From Spirochaetia bacterium (GTDB lineage Bacteria; Spirochaetota; Spirochaetia; DSM-2461): a DNA stretch of 64,000 nt. The position numbers and the translations under genes are program-made. Below are positions 40,299-49,264 of this stretch, piece by piece. The stretch covers positions 576,001 to 640,000 of the forward strand of contig CAXXIA010000001.1 in NCBI GenBank assembly GCA_963666985.2. Reading direction: 5' to 3'. Numbering within the stretch: the stretch's first letter is position 1; every line of letters starts with the position of its first letter. The notes under the pieces were generated by a model that saw only the letters and a program-made list of their open reading frames with translations, ran no database searches and was not told the DNA's origin.

Positions 40299-41171
40299 TC
40301 ACCCTGCGGCATTTCGCAAAAACGCTCTGGCCAGGTTTTTCGACGCTCTTCGAGTGTATGCGTCCATTCCGGCTCCCGCGGATGTCGATTCAACCAAATC
40401 ATCAACGAAGTCCAGTTCCTTCAATGTCATGGGCAGCTGTTTCCCCGCAAGGGCTATTTCCAGTTCACGGTCTCTGATAATGATATTTCGACTGTCCGAG
40501 AGAGCCATTCTCCATTCGATGAGTATACCCTTCTCAATCCTTGCGACAGCCGTGAAAATAAATTTTTCTTTGTGATCCGAATCGGGGAAAATCTTGTGAT
40601 AAACACCGTAATTCCAATTCCTGACGGGAATTATAATTTTTGTAAGAATTTCTCCTGCGCGGAGTCCCGTTTCGGTATCGAGGCGGGATAACGAAAGTTT
40701 TCTCGTTGAGGGAAGAGGTTTTCTGCGGCCTTTCCGTTCCCTCAGGAAACGGGTTTCCACAACCGCGTCCAAAATATGCAGCAAGGCCCTCAGGTCGGCC
40801 GATTTTGAGCTGTTTGCAAGATGACCGCCTAAGGTGGCACGGCAGCGGAGAGGTCTGTTGCCGATGCTTGCCAGAGCGTCCGGAAGAGCCGCGGGCAGAG
40901 CGCTTCGGCCTATGGAGGCTATCCGGTCCAGACTCATCATGGAGCCTATCTCCAGGTTGAATTCCGATCGGGAAGCTCGGGCAAGTTCTTCAATCATGCC
41001 GAGGGAGATAAGACTCCTCGGAAGTTCGATCAGCCTTCTCTGTCCCGTTGATTTGGCGATGCTCGTTCCTCCGGCCCAAAAAACGGCATTGGGCTCCGAG
41101 AGAGTCAGTTCGAGTGCTTCATTAATGGTCCGGGGAAAAAAGACCCTCGGAGCCGAAGATTTATCGATCAT
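40299..41171 (-). CDS. FAD-binding subunit, xanthine/CO dehydrogenase medium-subunit family (XdhB/CoxM-like)
   Basis: Motifs PRTINEAL, AGGT and ATLGGHL (the AGGT / ATxGGN FAD motifs), GEILTKIIIP. Confidence 0.8.
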   Translation of the reverse strand: MIDKSSAPRVFFPRTINEALELTLSEPNAVFWAGGTSIAKSTGQRRLIELPRSLISLGMIEELARASRSEFNLEIGSMMSLDRIASIGRSALPAALPDALASIGNRPLRCRATLGGHLANSSKSADLRALLHILDAVVETRFLRERKGRRKPLPSTRKLSLSRLDTETGLRAGEILTKIIIPVRNWNYGVYHKIFPDSDHKEKFIFTAVARIEKGILIEWRMALSDSRNIIIRDRELEIALAGKQLPMTLKELDFVDDLVESTSAGAGMDAYTRRASKNLARAFLRNAAG

Positions 41172-41640
41172 CGAGCCGCCTTTCCCTGAGTCTGGCCGAT
41201 CGGATGATACCGTCAAGAATACGGGCGGTGGAGCTGCAGCCGCATCGGACCGATTCCGCCGAGGTTCGAATTTGTTCCGCCGTCGGTCTGACCGTTTTTC
41301 TCAGAAGCGCCTCGGTCGCCAGAGCTCTGGCCGGAGCGCATTTTGCGCAGAGCTGCACACGGGCCGCTTTAAATCCTTCTACGATATCCGTAAAACCCTT
41401 GGAGGAGGAGAGACCTTCCATGGTCCAAATGTTTCGAAAACGGAGTTCAAAGGCCGGAAGAATGCAGGAGTGCACCGGAGAATCATCCATAAGAATAAGG
41501 CAGGCGCCGCAAAAAGCATCATCACATCGGAATCGAAGCGAGCGGCATTGAAATTCATCGCGGAGGAAATCAACGGCTCTTCTGTTGGGAGGAACATCCG
41601 CTTCCACGGAATCTCCGTTCAGATAGAACGATATAATCAT
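41161..41640 (-). CDS. [2Fe-2S] subunit, xanthine/CO dehydrogenase small-subunit family (XdhC/CoxS-like)
   Basis: Cx4CxxCx11C (CDDAFCGAC...HSC), TMEGL, and CxxC...CxC (CAKC...CGC). Confidence 0.88.
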   Translation of the reverse strand: MIISFYLNGDSVEADVPPNRRAVDFLRDEFQCRSLRFRCDDAFCGACLILMDDSPVHSCILPAFELRFRNIWTMEGLSSSKGFTDIVEGFKAARVQLCAKCAPARALATEALLRKTVRPTAEQIRTSAESVRCGCSSTARILDGIIRSARLRERRLDDR

Positions 41641-43682
41641 TGGCCGATTCCTCTTCCCCGAAACAGTTTCGGGTTAATGGGAATTTTATCGATATCGGTA
41701 CCGGATGCCTGGCGGATCGAGCGGACAAAAGCCGCCGGAACAAGAAGCCATGGAAGGGTGGAGATGTCGCGGGGGGGTCTTTTCGATAGGGAATCGTAGA
41801 ATGCCACGTCAATCATCGGCAGTTCGCGCGGAGGTGTCCCGCCGAGACACCAAATGAGCGCTTTCTCTGTTTCCGCTTCAACGGCGGATCGGGCATGTTC
41901 GGGCATCAGTAAATGGCCGCCGTCGAGAAAAAGCCAGATATGGAGCGGCATGGCTTCCAGAGTTTCGGCCGATAGAGTCGATTCAACGATGCACACGCCC
42001 CAGGAAACCGTATCGAAGAAATTTCCTTCGATAAACCCCGATTCACCGAAACGTTTTACGGTTCTCCTCCTGCCGCGGGATACGGAGATGGGCAGGGCGT
42101 CCCGAAAGCGTCTTTTGGCCAAATCGCTGCAGGCAAGTTCCAGGAGCTTTGTGTAAACGGACACGTTCCGTCCAAAAAGAGAAGGTCCGGGATCGGCGGT
42201 TCCCTCGGGGAGATTTACCGAATATTTAACGGCGGATTCTTCTATCCCCAGCGTGCCGACGGCGATGTTCGTCCAGGCCCTGGAGAGAACTCCGCCCGAG
42301 GTGTAGGGCGGGATTTCGATTTCCAAATCGCCGTCGATGCCCAGCGTTAATGAAAGGGATGCGGATTCAAGCTCTCTGGGATGGTTTAGAAACCCGTTTC
42401 CGAACCAGGCACAGCTCATCCCTGTGCCGTTGAATGCCGCCGGCGGAACTTTGAGGTTCTTTCGGCTGAGCATAATTTGTTCGCAAGCCGCGTTTTTTCT
42501 TTCGAAATCGGAAGCCGACAAAGCCTTGTCGAGAAGCTGAGGCAGGCCGTAGTCTTTCGGAATCGGGATTCCGGGACCGAAGTGTTGATTCTTATGAGGC
42601 AGAACGGAACGGCGCCAGCCGCCCGGTGAAAGAAGGCAATTTTCGGCAACTCGGGAGGCGAAGAGTTCTCCCGCAAGGAACCCCAGCTCAAATCCGGCCG
42701 CCGGTCCGAGTTCTGAAGGCGGTGAAGTGCTGAAGGAAACAGCGCCTTTGATGGAATAATTGCGAATAGGAGAAATCCCGATGAGTCCCAGTGCGATTCG
42801 ATTCATGATTTCTTCGGCCATGGGAAAAAAGGCACCGGCGAAAAGCGTGAATTCGGCTTCCAATGCGAGAATGCGGCCTTCGGAATCTACGGCTCCCTTA
42901 ATGTGAAATTCGGCTCCGGGAGGACTTCCGCCCGAGGACGGATTATTCGGCGAGGTACTGATGCGGACGGATTTCTTCGCTTTCCAGGAAAGCAGCGCCG
43001 CACGGCAGCAATCGGTCAGGGTTTTGAACATTTCATCCGCGGCTCCGCTTCCCGGTCCGACCGAATAGGGCCTGACATTAACGGCGCTTCTATCGATTTT
43101 TAACGTACGGGAAACATGACGGCGGACGGCCCCCGGCCAGGGCGATGCGGTATGAATGGTAAAAGAAGCTCCATCCCGAAGACAGGTTACCGTGTTCTCC
43201 GACTGTTCATGCGGCCCTCCGGGAATCGTGAAGGTTTCTTCGACAACCTGAAACGCTGAAGCAAAGGATGCGGACAGGTTTCCCTTCGTCCATCGGTATT
43301 CCGACTCCGAGCCGTTTTCATTGGAAGCATCTGTGGAGTCTTCATTCGTTTCAATGCGGATGTGGGAGAGCCAATCCGAGGTTGTATCGAAATCCGGACT
43401 CGTCGCGGCAAGGATGGTTTGACCTTTCCATCGGATGTCTTTTTTCGCGAAGAGAGGAAGATCAACGCCGCCGACGGTTATTTTCGCATGTCCCGGTATG
43501 TCTTGAGAGACAACGTAGATAAGTCCTTCGGGAGGTTCGGGAATCTCCATTGCGGTAATGCGTCCGGATTCAATGGGAGAAGCAAGGACGATTCCTTCCT
43601 GGATACGCTTTCCTCCGGCATCATAAGGCCGCCGGATTCGTCCGGAGAGTTTTTCGGAAAGAGTCCTTTCGTCATGATCCAA
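41637..43682 (-). CDS. Xanthine dehydrogenase large-subunit-like protein with degenerate Moco-binding motifs
   Basis: Hammerhead domain recognisable (SPIESGRI, DIPG, PLFAKKDIRWKGQ), plus DSEGRILAL and G-x-G-x-S. TTG start with GGAG SD overlapping the degT end. Confidence 0.75.
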   Translation of the reverse strand: MDHDERTLSEKLSGRIRRPYDAGGKRIQEGIVLASPIESGRITAMEIPEPPEGLIYVVSQDIPGHAKITVGGVDLPLFAKKDIRWKGQTILAATSPDFDTTSDWLSHIRIETNEDSTDASNENGSESEYRWTKGNLSASFASAFQVVEETFTIPGGPHEQSENTVTCLRDGASFTIHTASPWPGAVRRHVSRTLKIDRSAVNVRPYSVGPGSGAADEMFKTLTDCCRAALLSWKAKKSVRISTSPNNPSSGGSPPGAEFHIKGAVDSEGRILALEAEFTLFAGAFFPMAEEIMNRIALGLIGISPIRNYSIKGAVSFSTSPPSELGPAAGFELGFLAGELFASRVAENCLLSPGGWRRSVLPHKNQHFGPGIPIPKDYGLPQLLDKALSASDFERKNAACEQIMLSRKNLKVPPAAFNGTGMSCAWFGNGFLNHPRELESASLSLTLGIDGDLEIEIPPYTSGGVLSRAWTNIAVGTLGIEESAVKYSVNLPEGTADPGPSLFGRNVSVYTKLLELACSDLAKRRFRDALPISVSRGRRRTVKRFGESGFIEGNFFDTVSWGVCIVESTLSAETLEAMPLHIWLFLDGGHLLMPEHARSAVEAETEKALIWCLGGTPPRELPMIDVAFYDSLSKRPPRDISTLPWLLVPAAFVRSIRQASGTDIDKIPINPKLFRGRGIGQ

Positions 43683-44994
43683 TGCCGTCTCCCAGGAACT
43701 CGCGGATCATATCGGTAATCCGGATCATGTTCCTTTTTCCCATTGAAGGCCAGAGAGGGAGCGAGAGGCTTCGATTGGAAAGATCCTCGGCTACGGGGAA
43801 GTCGTTATCGGCAAAACGGTATCGTTTGCTCCAGTAGCTCATTCTATGAAGAGGAATGAAATGCAGAGAGCAGCCGATTCCCCGCCTTTCAAGATGATCC
43901 GCAAGGGCATTCCTGATTTTTTCGGAGGGAAGGCGAATCACATAGAGATGCCAGGCATTCCCGGGGCCGTCCGGGGGAAGCTCCAATCCGGAGATGCCGG
44001 TAAGGCGGGCGGAATATTCCTTCGCCAGGAAGGTTCTGTCGGCGAGAAATCCGTCGGCTTTCCCGAGCTGGACCCGTCCGATTGCCGATGCGATATCGGT
44101 AAGGTTGTACTTGTATCCCGGAGCGACGATATCATATTCCCAGGAACGCGGTCCGGCTCCGGCGCGATAGCGGTTCCAGACTTCCCGGTCGATGCCGTGG
44201 AGTCTCATGGTCCGCATTCTCGCGGCATAATCGGGATTTGACGTTGCGATCATTCCGCCTTCGCCCGTTGTGATCGTTTTCGTCGCATAAAACGAGAACA
44301 CGCCGATGTCTCCGAGATCGCCGGCCATCCCCAGCGGTGTTCTCGAAGGGAAGGCATGCGCGGCATCCTCGATGATCGGAATGTTTCGGCCTCCGATCAC
44401 GTTCCTGATGGCGGATATATCACACGGCAGCCCCGCGAAGTGGACGGGGATGACCGCTTTTATATCGTCAATGGTTTTTCTCAGACAATTCGGGTCCATA
44501 TTGGCGGTTTCCGGTTGGGAATCCACGAAAATGGGATCCGCGCCCAGATACCGGACTATTTCCGCTGTGGACGCGAATGTGTATGTGGGAACGGCCACGC
44601 GATCGCCGGGGCCCACGCCGACCGCTTCCAACGCCAAATGAAGTCCCGCTGTCGCCGAACTCACCGCCAAACAGGTGGGAGGGAGGATCGCCGGATTTTC
44701 GGAATGGTTTTGTTTCGGTGTTTTTTCGCCTCTTTTTTCATCGTCCGAGTTTGCCGGCCGTCCTTGTTTCAGAATCTCGGCGAACTCCGCTTCAAAAAGC
44801 GCCGTTTCCTCGCCGGTGGTGATCCATCCGCTTTTAAGAACCCTTGCCACGGCCATGGCTTCCCGGCAGCCCATTGAGGGCTTGAAAAAAGGGATGGCCT
44901 TCTTTAATCGCCGGCCCGCGGAGAGTTTTAAATCAGGGACGGTTTTGCCTGAATCACGGCTGAGGATATTCCCGCCGTCAATATTCCGGTTCAT
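43672..44994 (-). CDS. DegT/DnrJ/EryC1/StrS PLP-dependent sugar aminotransferase
   Basis: Motifs SGWITTG, SSATAGLHLAL, PVHFAG, IEDAAHA, FSFYATKTITTGEGG (PLP Lys), GYKYNLTD; the start position is uncertain. Confidence 0.92.
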   Translation of the reverse strand: MNRNIDGGNILSRDSGKTVPDLKLSAGRRLKKAIPFFKPSMGCREAMAVARVLKSGWITTGEETALFEAEFAEILKQGRPANSDDEKRGEKTPKQNHSENPAILPPTCLAVSSATAGLHLALEAVGVGPGDRVAVPTYTFASTAEIVRYLGADPIFVDSQPETANMDPNCLRKTIDDIKAVIPVHFAGLPCDISAIRNVIGGRNIPIIEDAAHAFPSRTPLGMAGDLGDIGVFSFYATKTITTGEGGMIATSNPDYAARMRTMRLHGIDREVWNRYRAGAGPRSWEYDIVAPGYKYNLTDIASAIGRVQLGKADGFLADRTFLAKEYSARLTGISGLELPPDGPGNAWHLYVIRLPSEKIRNALADHLERRGIGCSLHFIPLHRMSYWSKRYRFADNDFPVAEDLSNRSLSLPLWPSMGKRNMIRITDMIREFLGDGIGS

Positions 44995-46444
44995 TATCCG
45001 GTCCTTCCACATTCGGAAAATGTCGGCTGACGATCTTTCTGAGGGCATGACGGTTCCGAAACCGCGAAGGATGATTCGGATCGAGCTTCAAAATCGATTT
45101 TAATTCTTCCAGAATCTCTTCGGCCGAGAAGCCGTTGACGGAAGGAATGGCAACCCGGACGATGCGGGGATGTTCGGTTTCCAGAGGTTTTTCCTCATCG
45201 GACCAGAGGCGTTCGGTTTTTTTCTCACCGGGTCTCATGCCTATAAAGGTTATGGGTATGCTCTCCTCATCGAAACCGTAGAATCGAATCATCTGTCTGG
45301 CGAAATCGACGATGCGAACCGGTTCCCCCATGTCCAGCAAATAAAGGCCGCCGTCCTCGAGCCCGGCGGTTTTGAGAACCAGACTGACGGCCTCCGGAAT
45401 GGTCATGAACCACCGGCGGGCATCGGGATGGGTTACCGTTACGGGTCCGCCCGAGAGGATTTGGTCTTTAAAAAGAGGCATGATGCTTCCGCGGGATCCT
45501 AAGACATTTCCGAAGCGCACAACCTTGAAATCCCTGCCGGATTTCCTTTGTTCCAGTACCAGGGCTTCGGCGATTCGCTTGCTGGCGCCGTAAACGCTGA
45601 CAGGATCGACGGCTTTATCCGTGGAAATAAGAACGAACCTGTCGACGCCGGTTTTGACGGCGGCTTCAATAAGGTTGTGCGTGCCCAGGACATTGTTCTT
45701 CATCGCCTCGACGGGATTGGATTCCATCATCGGCACGTGTTTGTGGGCGGCGCAGTGGAAGATGACATCGGCGTTCAGGCGGGAAAGAAGGAAATTGATA
45801 TAATCTTCATCCTGGAGTTCTCCGATGATGGGTACGATGGTCGCCTTTTCGCCTACGCCGGCGTCCTGAAGCCGCCGCAGCTCCCGTTCAATTCCCCAAA
45901 TGCTGTTTTCTCCGTGTCCCAAAAGATAAAGTCTTTCGGCGCCGCCGTAGAGAAGCTGACGCGAGAGCTCGCTTCCGATGCTGCCTCCCGCGCCTGTTAC
46001 AAGGACTCTTTTCCCCCGAACATACGAGAGACTTTCTTTCAGGTGAATAAGAACCGGCTCGCGTCCCAGGAGATCCTGAGGATCCATGTCTCTGGCCTGG
46101 ACGAAATGAGGATCGGCGGTAACGATTTGGCTGACCGAAGGAAGAATGCGAATGCGGTTGAAATCGGCCCGCTTCAGAGCTTCATGGACCTGGTTAAGCC
46201 TTTTCCGCGGAACCGAAGGCAGCGCGATAAGCGCTTCGGCGCCGTGTCCTTTATCGAGAAGACCGGCGCATGTGTCGACCGGACCCAGAACGGGAATCCC
46301 ATCGATGATGGTACCGATTTTTTCACGGTCATCGTCTAAGAAAGCGATGACTTCTCCAACAACATTGTTGTCTTTAATCTCTCTGGCGATGGCCCGGCCG
46401 AATTGCCCGGCGCCGACAATGTAGATGCGGTTGCCCTTGGCCAT
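44978..46444 (-). CDS. UDP-sugar 4,6-dehydratase, PglF/CapD/WbpM-like, without the N-terminal membrane domain
   Basis: GAG Rossmann-like N-domain; motifs TGAGGSIGSE, AAHKHVP, STDKAV, YGASK, VRFGNVLGSRGS, RPGEK. Confidence 0.9.
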   Translation of the reverse strand: MAKGNRIYIVGAGQFGRAIAREIKDNNVVGEVIAFLDDDREKIGTIIDGIPVLGPVDTCAGLLDKGHGAEALIALPSVPRKRLNQVHEALKRADFNRIRILPSVSQIVTADPHFVQARDMDPQDLLGREPVLIHLKESLSYVRGKRVLVTGAGGSIGSELSRQLLYGGAERLYLLGHGENSIWGIERELRRLQDAGVGEKATIVPIIGELQDEDYINFLLSRLNADVIFHCAAHKHVPMMESNPVEAMKNNVLGTHNLIEAAVKTGVDRFVLISTDKAVDPVSVYGASKRIAEALVLEQRKSGRDFKVVRFGNVLGSRGSIMPLFKDQILSGGPVTVTHPDARRWFMTIPEAVSLVLKTAGLEDGGLYLLDMGEPVRIVDFARQMIRFYGFDEESIPITFIGMRPGEKKTERLWSDEEKPLETEHPRIVRVAIPSVNGFSAEEILEELKSILKLDPNHPSRFRNRHALRKIVSRHFPNVEGPDNEPEY

Positions 46445-46451
46445 ATAGCCC

Positions 46452-46460
46452 AATGTAGCA
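46452..46460 (-). promoter_or_regulatory. Extended -10 promoter (TGcTACATT) of the pglF-degT-xdh-like operon, leaderless type
   Basis: The -10 box ends 7 nt before ATG 46444; no SD. Confidence 0.5.
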
Positions 46461-46640
46461 TCGAATTGATGAGTGGGGAAGCACGGATAGGATAAGAGAC
46501 GATTCCAAAATGCGGCGATTTTCGGGATGAAGCCCTTCCGGAGGAATCAGGCGGGGGTTCGAGCGTCGAAGAACCTCAAATTTCGTGAATTCGAAAATTG
46601 CTTTTCTCAATTCGCCGGGAACGGAACCGACATTGAAGAT

Positions 46641-47111
46641 ATGGAACATTTTAAAAGAATTTCGGCCCTCGCATTTCTTCTCGTCGCGGGATTAACGGTC
46701 GGTGCCGAAGCGCATACATTTCTCGTCGATACCTGGGAGAACGCCGATCGCGAAGATTTGGAAGAGGAAGAGCGATTCAACCATATCGCTCTTGAATCGG
46801 GCATGATGGACGTTCTTTTCGACAAAGGACATATTTTCTTCAATATTTATACGTCTTTTTCGGAAATGGACGAAACGCCGCCGACCGGTTCTGCCTTGAA
46901 ATTGGCCGGAGAAGAAGGGGCTGATTTTCTTATTGAGCTTGTACCGGATGAAAACGGCGCCGCATGGCGGCTTTTCAGTACATCGAAAATGACGGAAAGC
47001 GATCATGGTTATGCCGCTATTGACGATATTGATGAAGAAATGGAGGAAGTCCAGCGCTGGATGTCTCTCGGCGGCATCCTGACGGGACAAATCTTGGCGG
47101 CCGCGCATTGA
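46641..47111 (+). CDS. Hypothetical exported acidic protein
   Basis: Signal peptide MEHFKRISALAFLLVAGLTVGA followed by an acidic domain. Confidence 0.6.
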   Translation: MEHFKRISALAFLLVAGLTVGAEAHTFLVDTWENADREDLEEEERFNHIALESGMMDVLFDKGHIFFNIYTSFSEMDETPPTGSALKLAGEEGADFLIELVPDENGAAWRLFSTSKMTESDHGYAAIDDIDEEMEEVQRWMSLGGILTGQILAAAH

Positions 47112-47221
47112 ACCTTGCCATGAGATTCTAACCTGGTCCGTTTGTTCGGCCGATGAATAGATAAGGATCATCGCCGGGAGGATCAGGAAGTTTCGGCGAC
47201 GGTTGCGAGGAGTCATCCGCG

Positions 47222-48508
47222 ATGAAGAAATGCATCGGTCTTATATTGTTGCTGCAGTTATCCCTATTCGGTTTTGCCGATTCGGTTTGGACGGGCAACG
47301 CCGCTGTCGGCGGGCTTTCCGAATTTCCGGGAACTTCGGATGTTTACAGAGCCGCTTCGAATTCTTTCCCGGCGGGAACAATCCTTGAAGTCACCAATCC
47401 TAAGGGCGGAAAAAGCACGCGAGTTACGGTTATCGGCCGTCTCGATACCCCCGGCGTTTTTCTTTTAATAGAACAGAAAGCGGCCGAGCTCATCGGCTTA
47501 CCGACCGATCACGTTCTTCCGGTTCGGGTAAGTCCCGTGCAGACCGGTCTTATCAATCCGATGGAAGAAACAGCCGATACGGCGGTTTCCTCCGATGCCG
47601 TTACGGATGATTCCGATTACAATCCCGCGGCGGGTCTTGGTGAGGCTCCTTTGGAACCGCGAACGGCAATCGCGGCCGAACCGGAACCCTCCGAGGACGC
47701 AATCGAACGGGTCGAGGCGGCGGAAGAACAATCCGCGGTGGATGAAATACTCGTTACACCCGTTCCCGAAGTTCTTAATAAAGATTCTCTCGAAGCGGAC
47801 GAAGTTGATGATGTCGATTCCTTGGAAGCGGAAAACGATAAGATTCTTGCGGAACTGGTCATCCCCCCGGAAATCCCCGAGAGTGAAGGGGAAAGGGAAA
47901 CCATCTTTACCTACAGTCTCGACGATGAGAAACCGGAGAAGGATGAAGAACCCGCAATCGTTTTAAATAATGATAAAACCCAAGAGATTCCTCCGGCCGA
48001 AATCCCTCAAGAAATTGAAGCCCTTCCCGATTCGTCCGCGAATGAAGCGGATATTAAAGACGATGACGGAAGCGTCGTTTATTTCCTAACGCCTTCCGAT
48101 CTTCGTCCGCCGCCGCCCGTCGAGCCGCCGCAGGTTGAACCGCCGCCCGTCGAACCGGCCGCGGTCGATCTCAGAGATCAAATTATTCGTGACAAGGACG
48201 TTTCCGGGAGTGAAATCATTATTACGGATGCCGCGCATGCGGCCGACGATACGGAAATCTCCCCGGCGAAGGACGGGTTTTCCTACATCCAAATCGGAGC
48301 TTATAAAAACCGTGCCGTTCTTGAAGAAACGGCGCGCAGAATTCGATCTTCAGGAATGAACTATCCCATGAGTCTCGCAACGGGGAATCTCGGGGGCATG
48401 CCGGTCTATAAGCTTCTCATCGGCCCGTTGAAGCCCGCTGAACGAGGTGTTGTTCTTCAGTCGCTGAAAACGTCTGCCTATCCGGACGCCTTTCCCTATA
48501 ATCCGTGA
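47222..48508 (+). CDS. Exported protein: RlpA-like (DPBB) N-domain, long acidic linker, C-terminal SPOR domain
   Basis: Signal peptide; AASNSFPAGTILEVTNP...TRVTV; C-terminal YIQIGAY...YKLLIGP...DAF; SD AGGAG. Confidence 0.8.
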   Translation: MKKCIGLILLLQLSLFGFADSVWTGNAAVGGLSEFPGTSDVYRAASNSFPAGTILEVTNPKGGKSTRVTVIGRLDTPGVFLLIEQKAAELIGLPTDHVLPVRVSPVQTGLINPMEETADTAVSSDAVTDDSDYNPAAGLGEAPLEPRTAIAAEPEPSEDAIERVEAAEEQSAVDEILVTPVPEVLNKDSLEADEVDDVDSLEAENDKILAELVIPPEIPESEGERETIFTYSLDDEKPEKDEEPAIVLNNDKTQEIPPAEIPQEIEALPDSSANEADIKDDDGSVVYFLTPSDLRPPPPVEPPQVEPPPVEPAAVDLRDQIIRDKDVSGSEIIITDAAHAADDTEISPAKDGFSYIQIGAYKNRAVLEETARRIRSSGMNYPMSLATGNLGGMPVYKLLIGPLKPAERGVVLQSLKTSAYPDAFPYNP

Positions 48509-49260
48509 ACCATACGCGGGAAGAACTCCGGGAAATGGCGGAATGCCTGGAGAAAGTGGGCTGGGGCGTTCTTCCTCCGGAACGTTTTCTAAGCGATATG
48601 GATACCGAATTCCTCAATTATTGGGATTCTGTGAAGTCCTACACGCTGATTTCACCCGAAAGAGGCTGGGCCCTTGCCGAGGCCGTACGATATGTCTGCC
48701 GTTCGGGAATTCGGGGAGATATCGCCGAGTGCGGTGTTTGGAAGGGCGGAGCCTGTCTTTTGGCGTCCCAGATCCTTCATCATGAAGAACCGGATACAAA
48801 AAGGCGTATTTGGCTCTACGATACTTTTACGGGAATGGTTGAACCGGGGATTGAGGATAGAATCGCCGCCGGCGGACAGCCGCTTTCGGAACGCCATCCC
48901 GAGGGATGGTGGACGTCCTCCATGGAAGAAGTCCGTCAAACACTTCATCAATCTCCGTTTCCATTGGACACTTTTTCCCTTGTACCCGGACGTGTGGAAG
49001 AAACATTGAAGCGGAAGAAGCCGGATCATCTGGCGATTCTTCGGCTCGATACCGATTGGTATGAATCGACCAAGGCGGAACTTGTTGAACTGTATCCGAG
49101 GCTGGAACCGGGCGGAGTTTTAATTATCGACGACTACGGTCATTTCACGGGAGCCAGGAAAGCCGTCGACGAATATTTTCATTCAATCGGAGAAAAGGTT
49201 CTGCTCCACCGGAGCGACTATACGGGCCGAGTCCACGTTAAAAGCCGGGAGCTTCATTAA
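48505..49260 (+). CDS. TylF/MycF/NovP-family O-methyltransferase
   Basis: Motifs GDIAECGVWKGG, YDTFTGM, LRLDTDWYEST, IIDDYG; GTGA overlap with the SPOR gene. Confidence 0.9.
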   Translation: MNHTREELREMAECLEKVGWGVLPPERFLSDMDTEFLNYWDSVKSYTLISPERGWALAEAVRYVCRSGIRGDIAECGVWKGGACLLASQILHHEEPDTKRRIWLYDTFTGMVEPGIEDRIAAGGQPLSERHPEGWWTSSMEEVRQTLHQSPFPLDTFSLVPGRVEETLKRKKPDHLAILRLDTDWYESTKAELVELYPRLEPGGVLIIDDYGHFTGARKAVDEYFHSIGEKVLLHRSDYTGRVHVKSRELH

Positions 49261-49264
49261 TACG

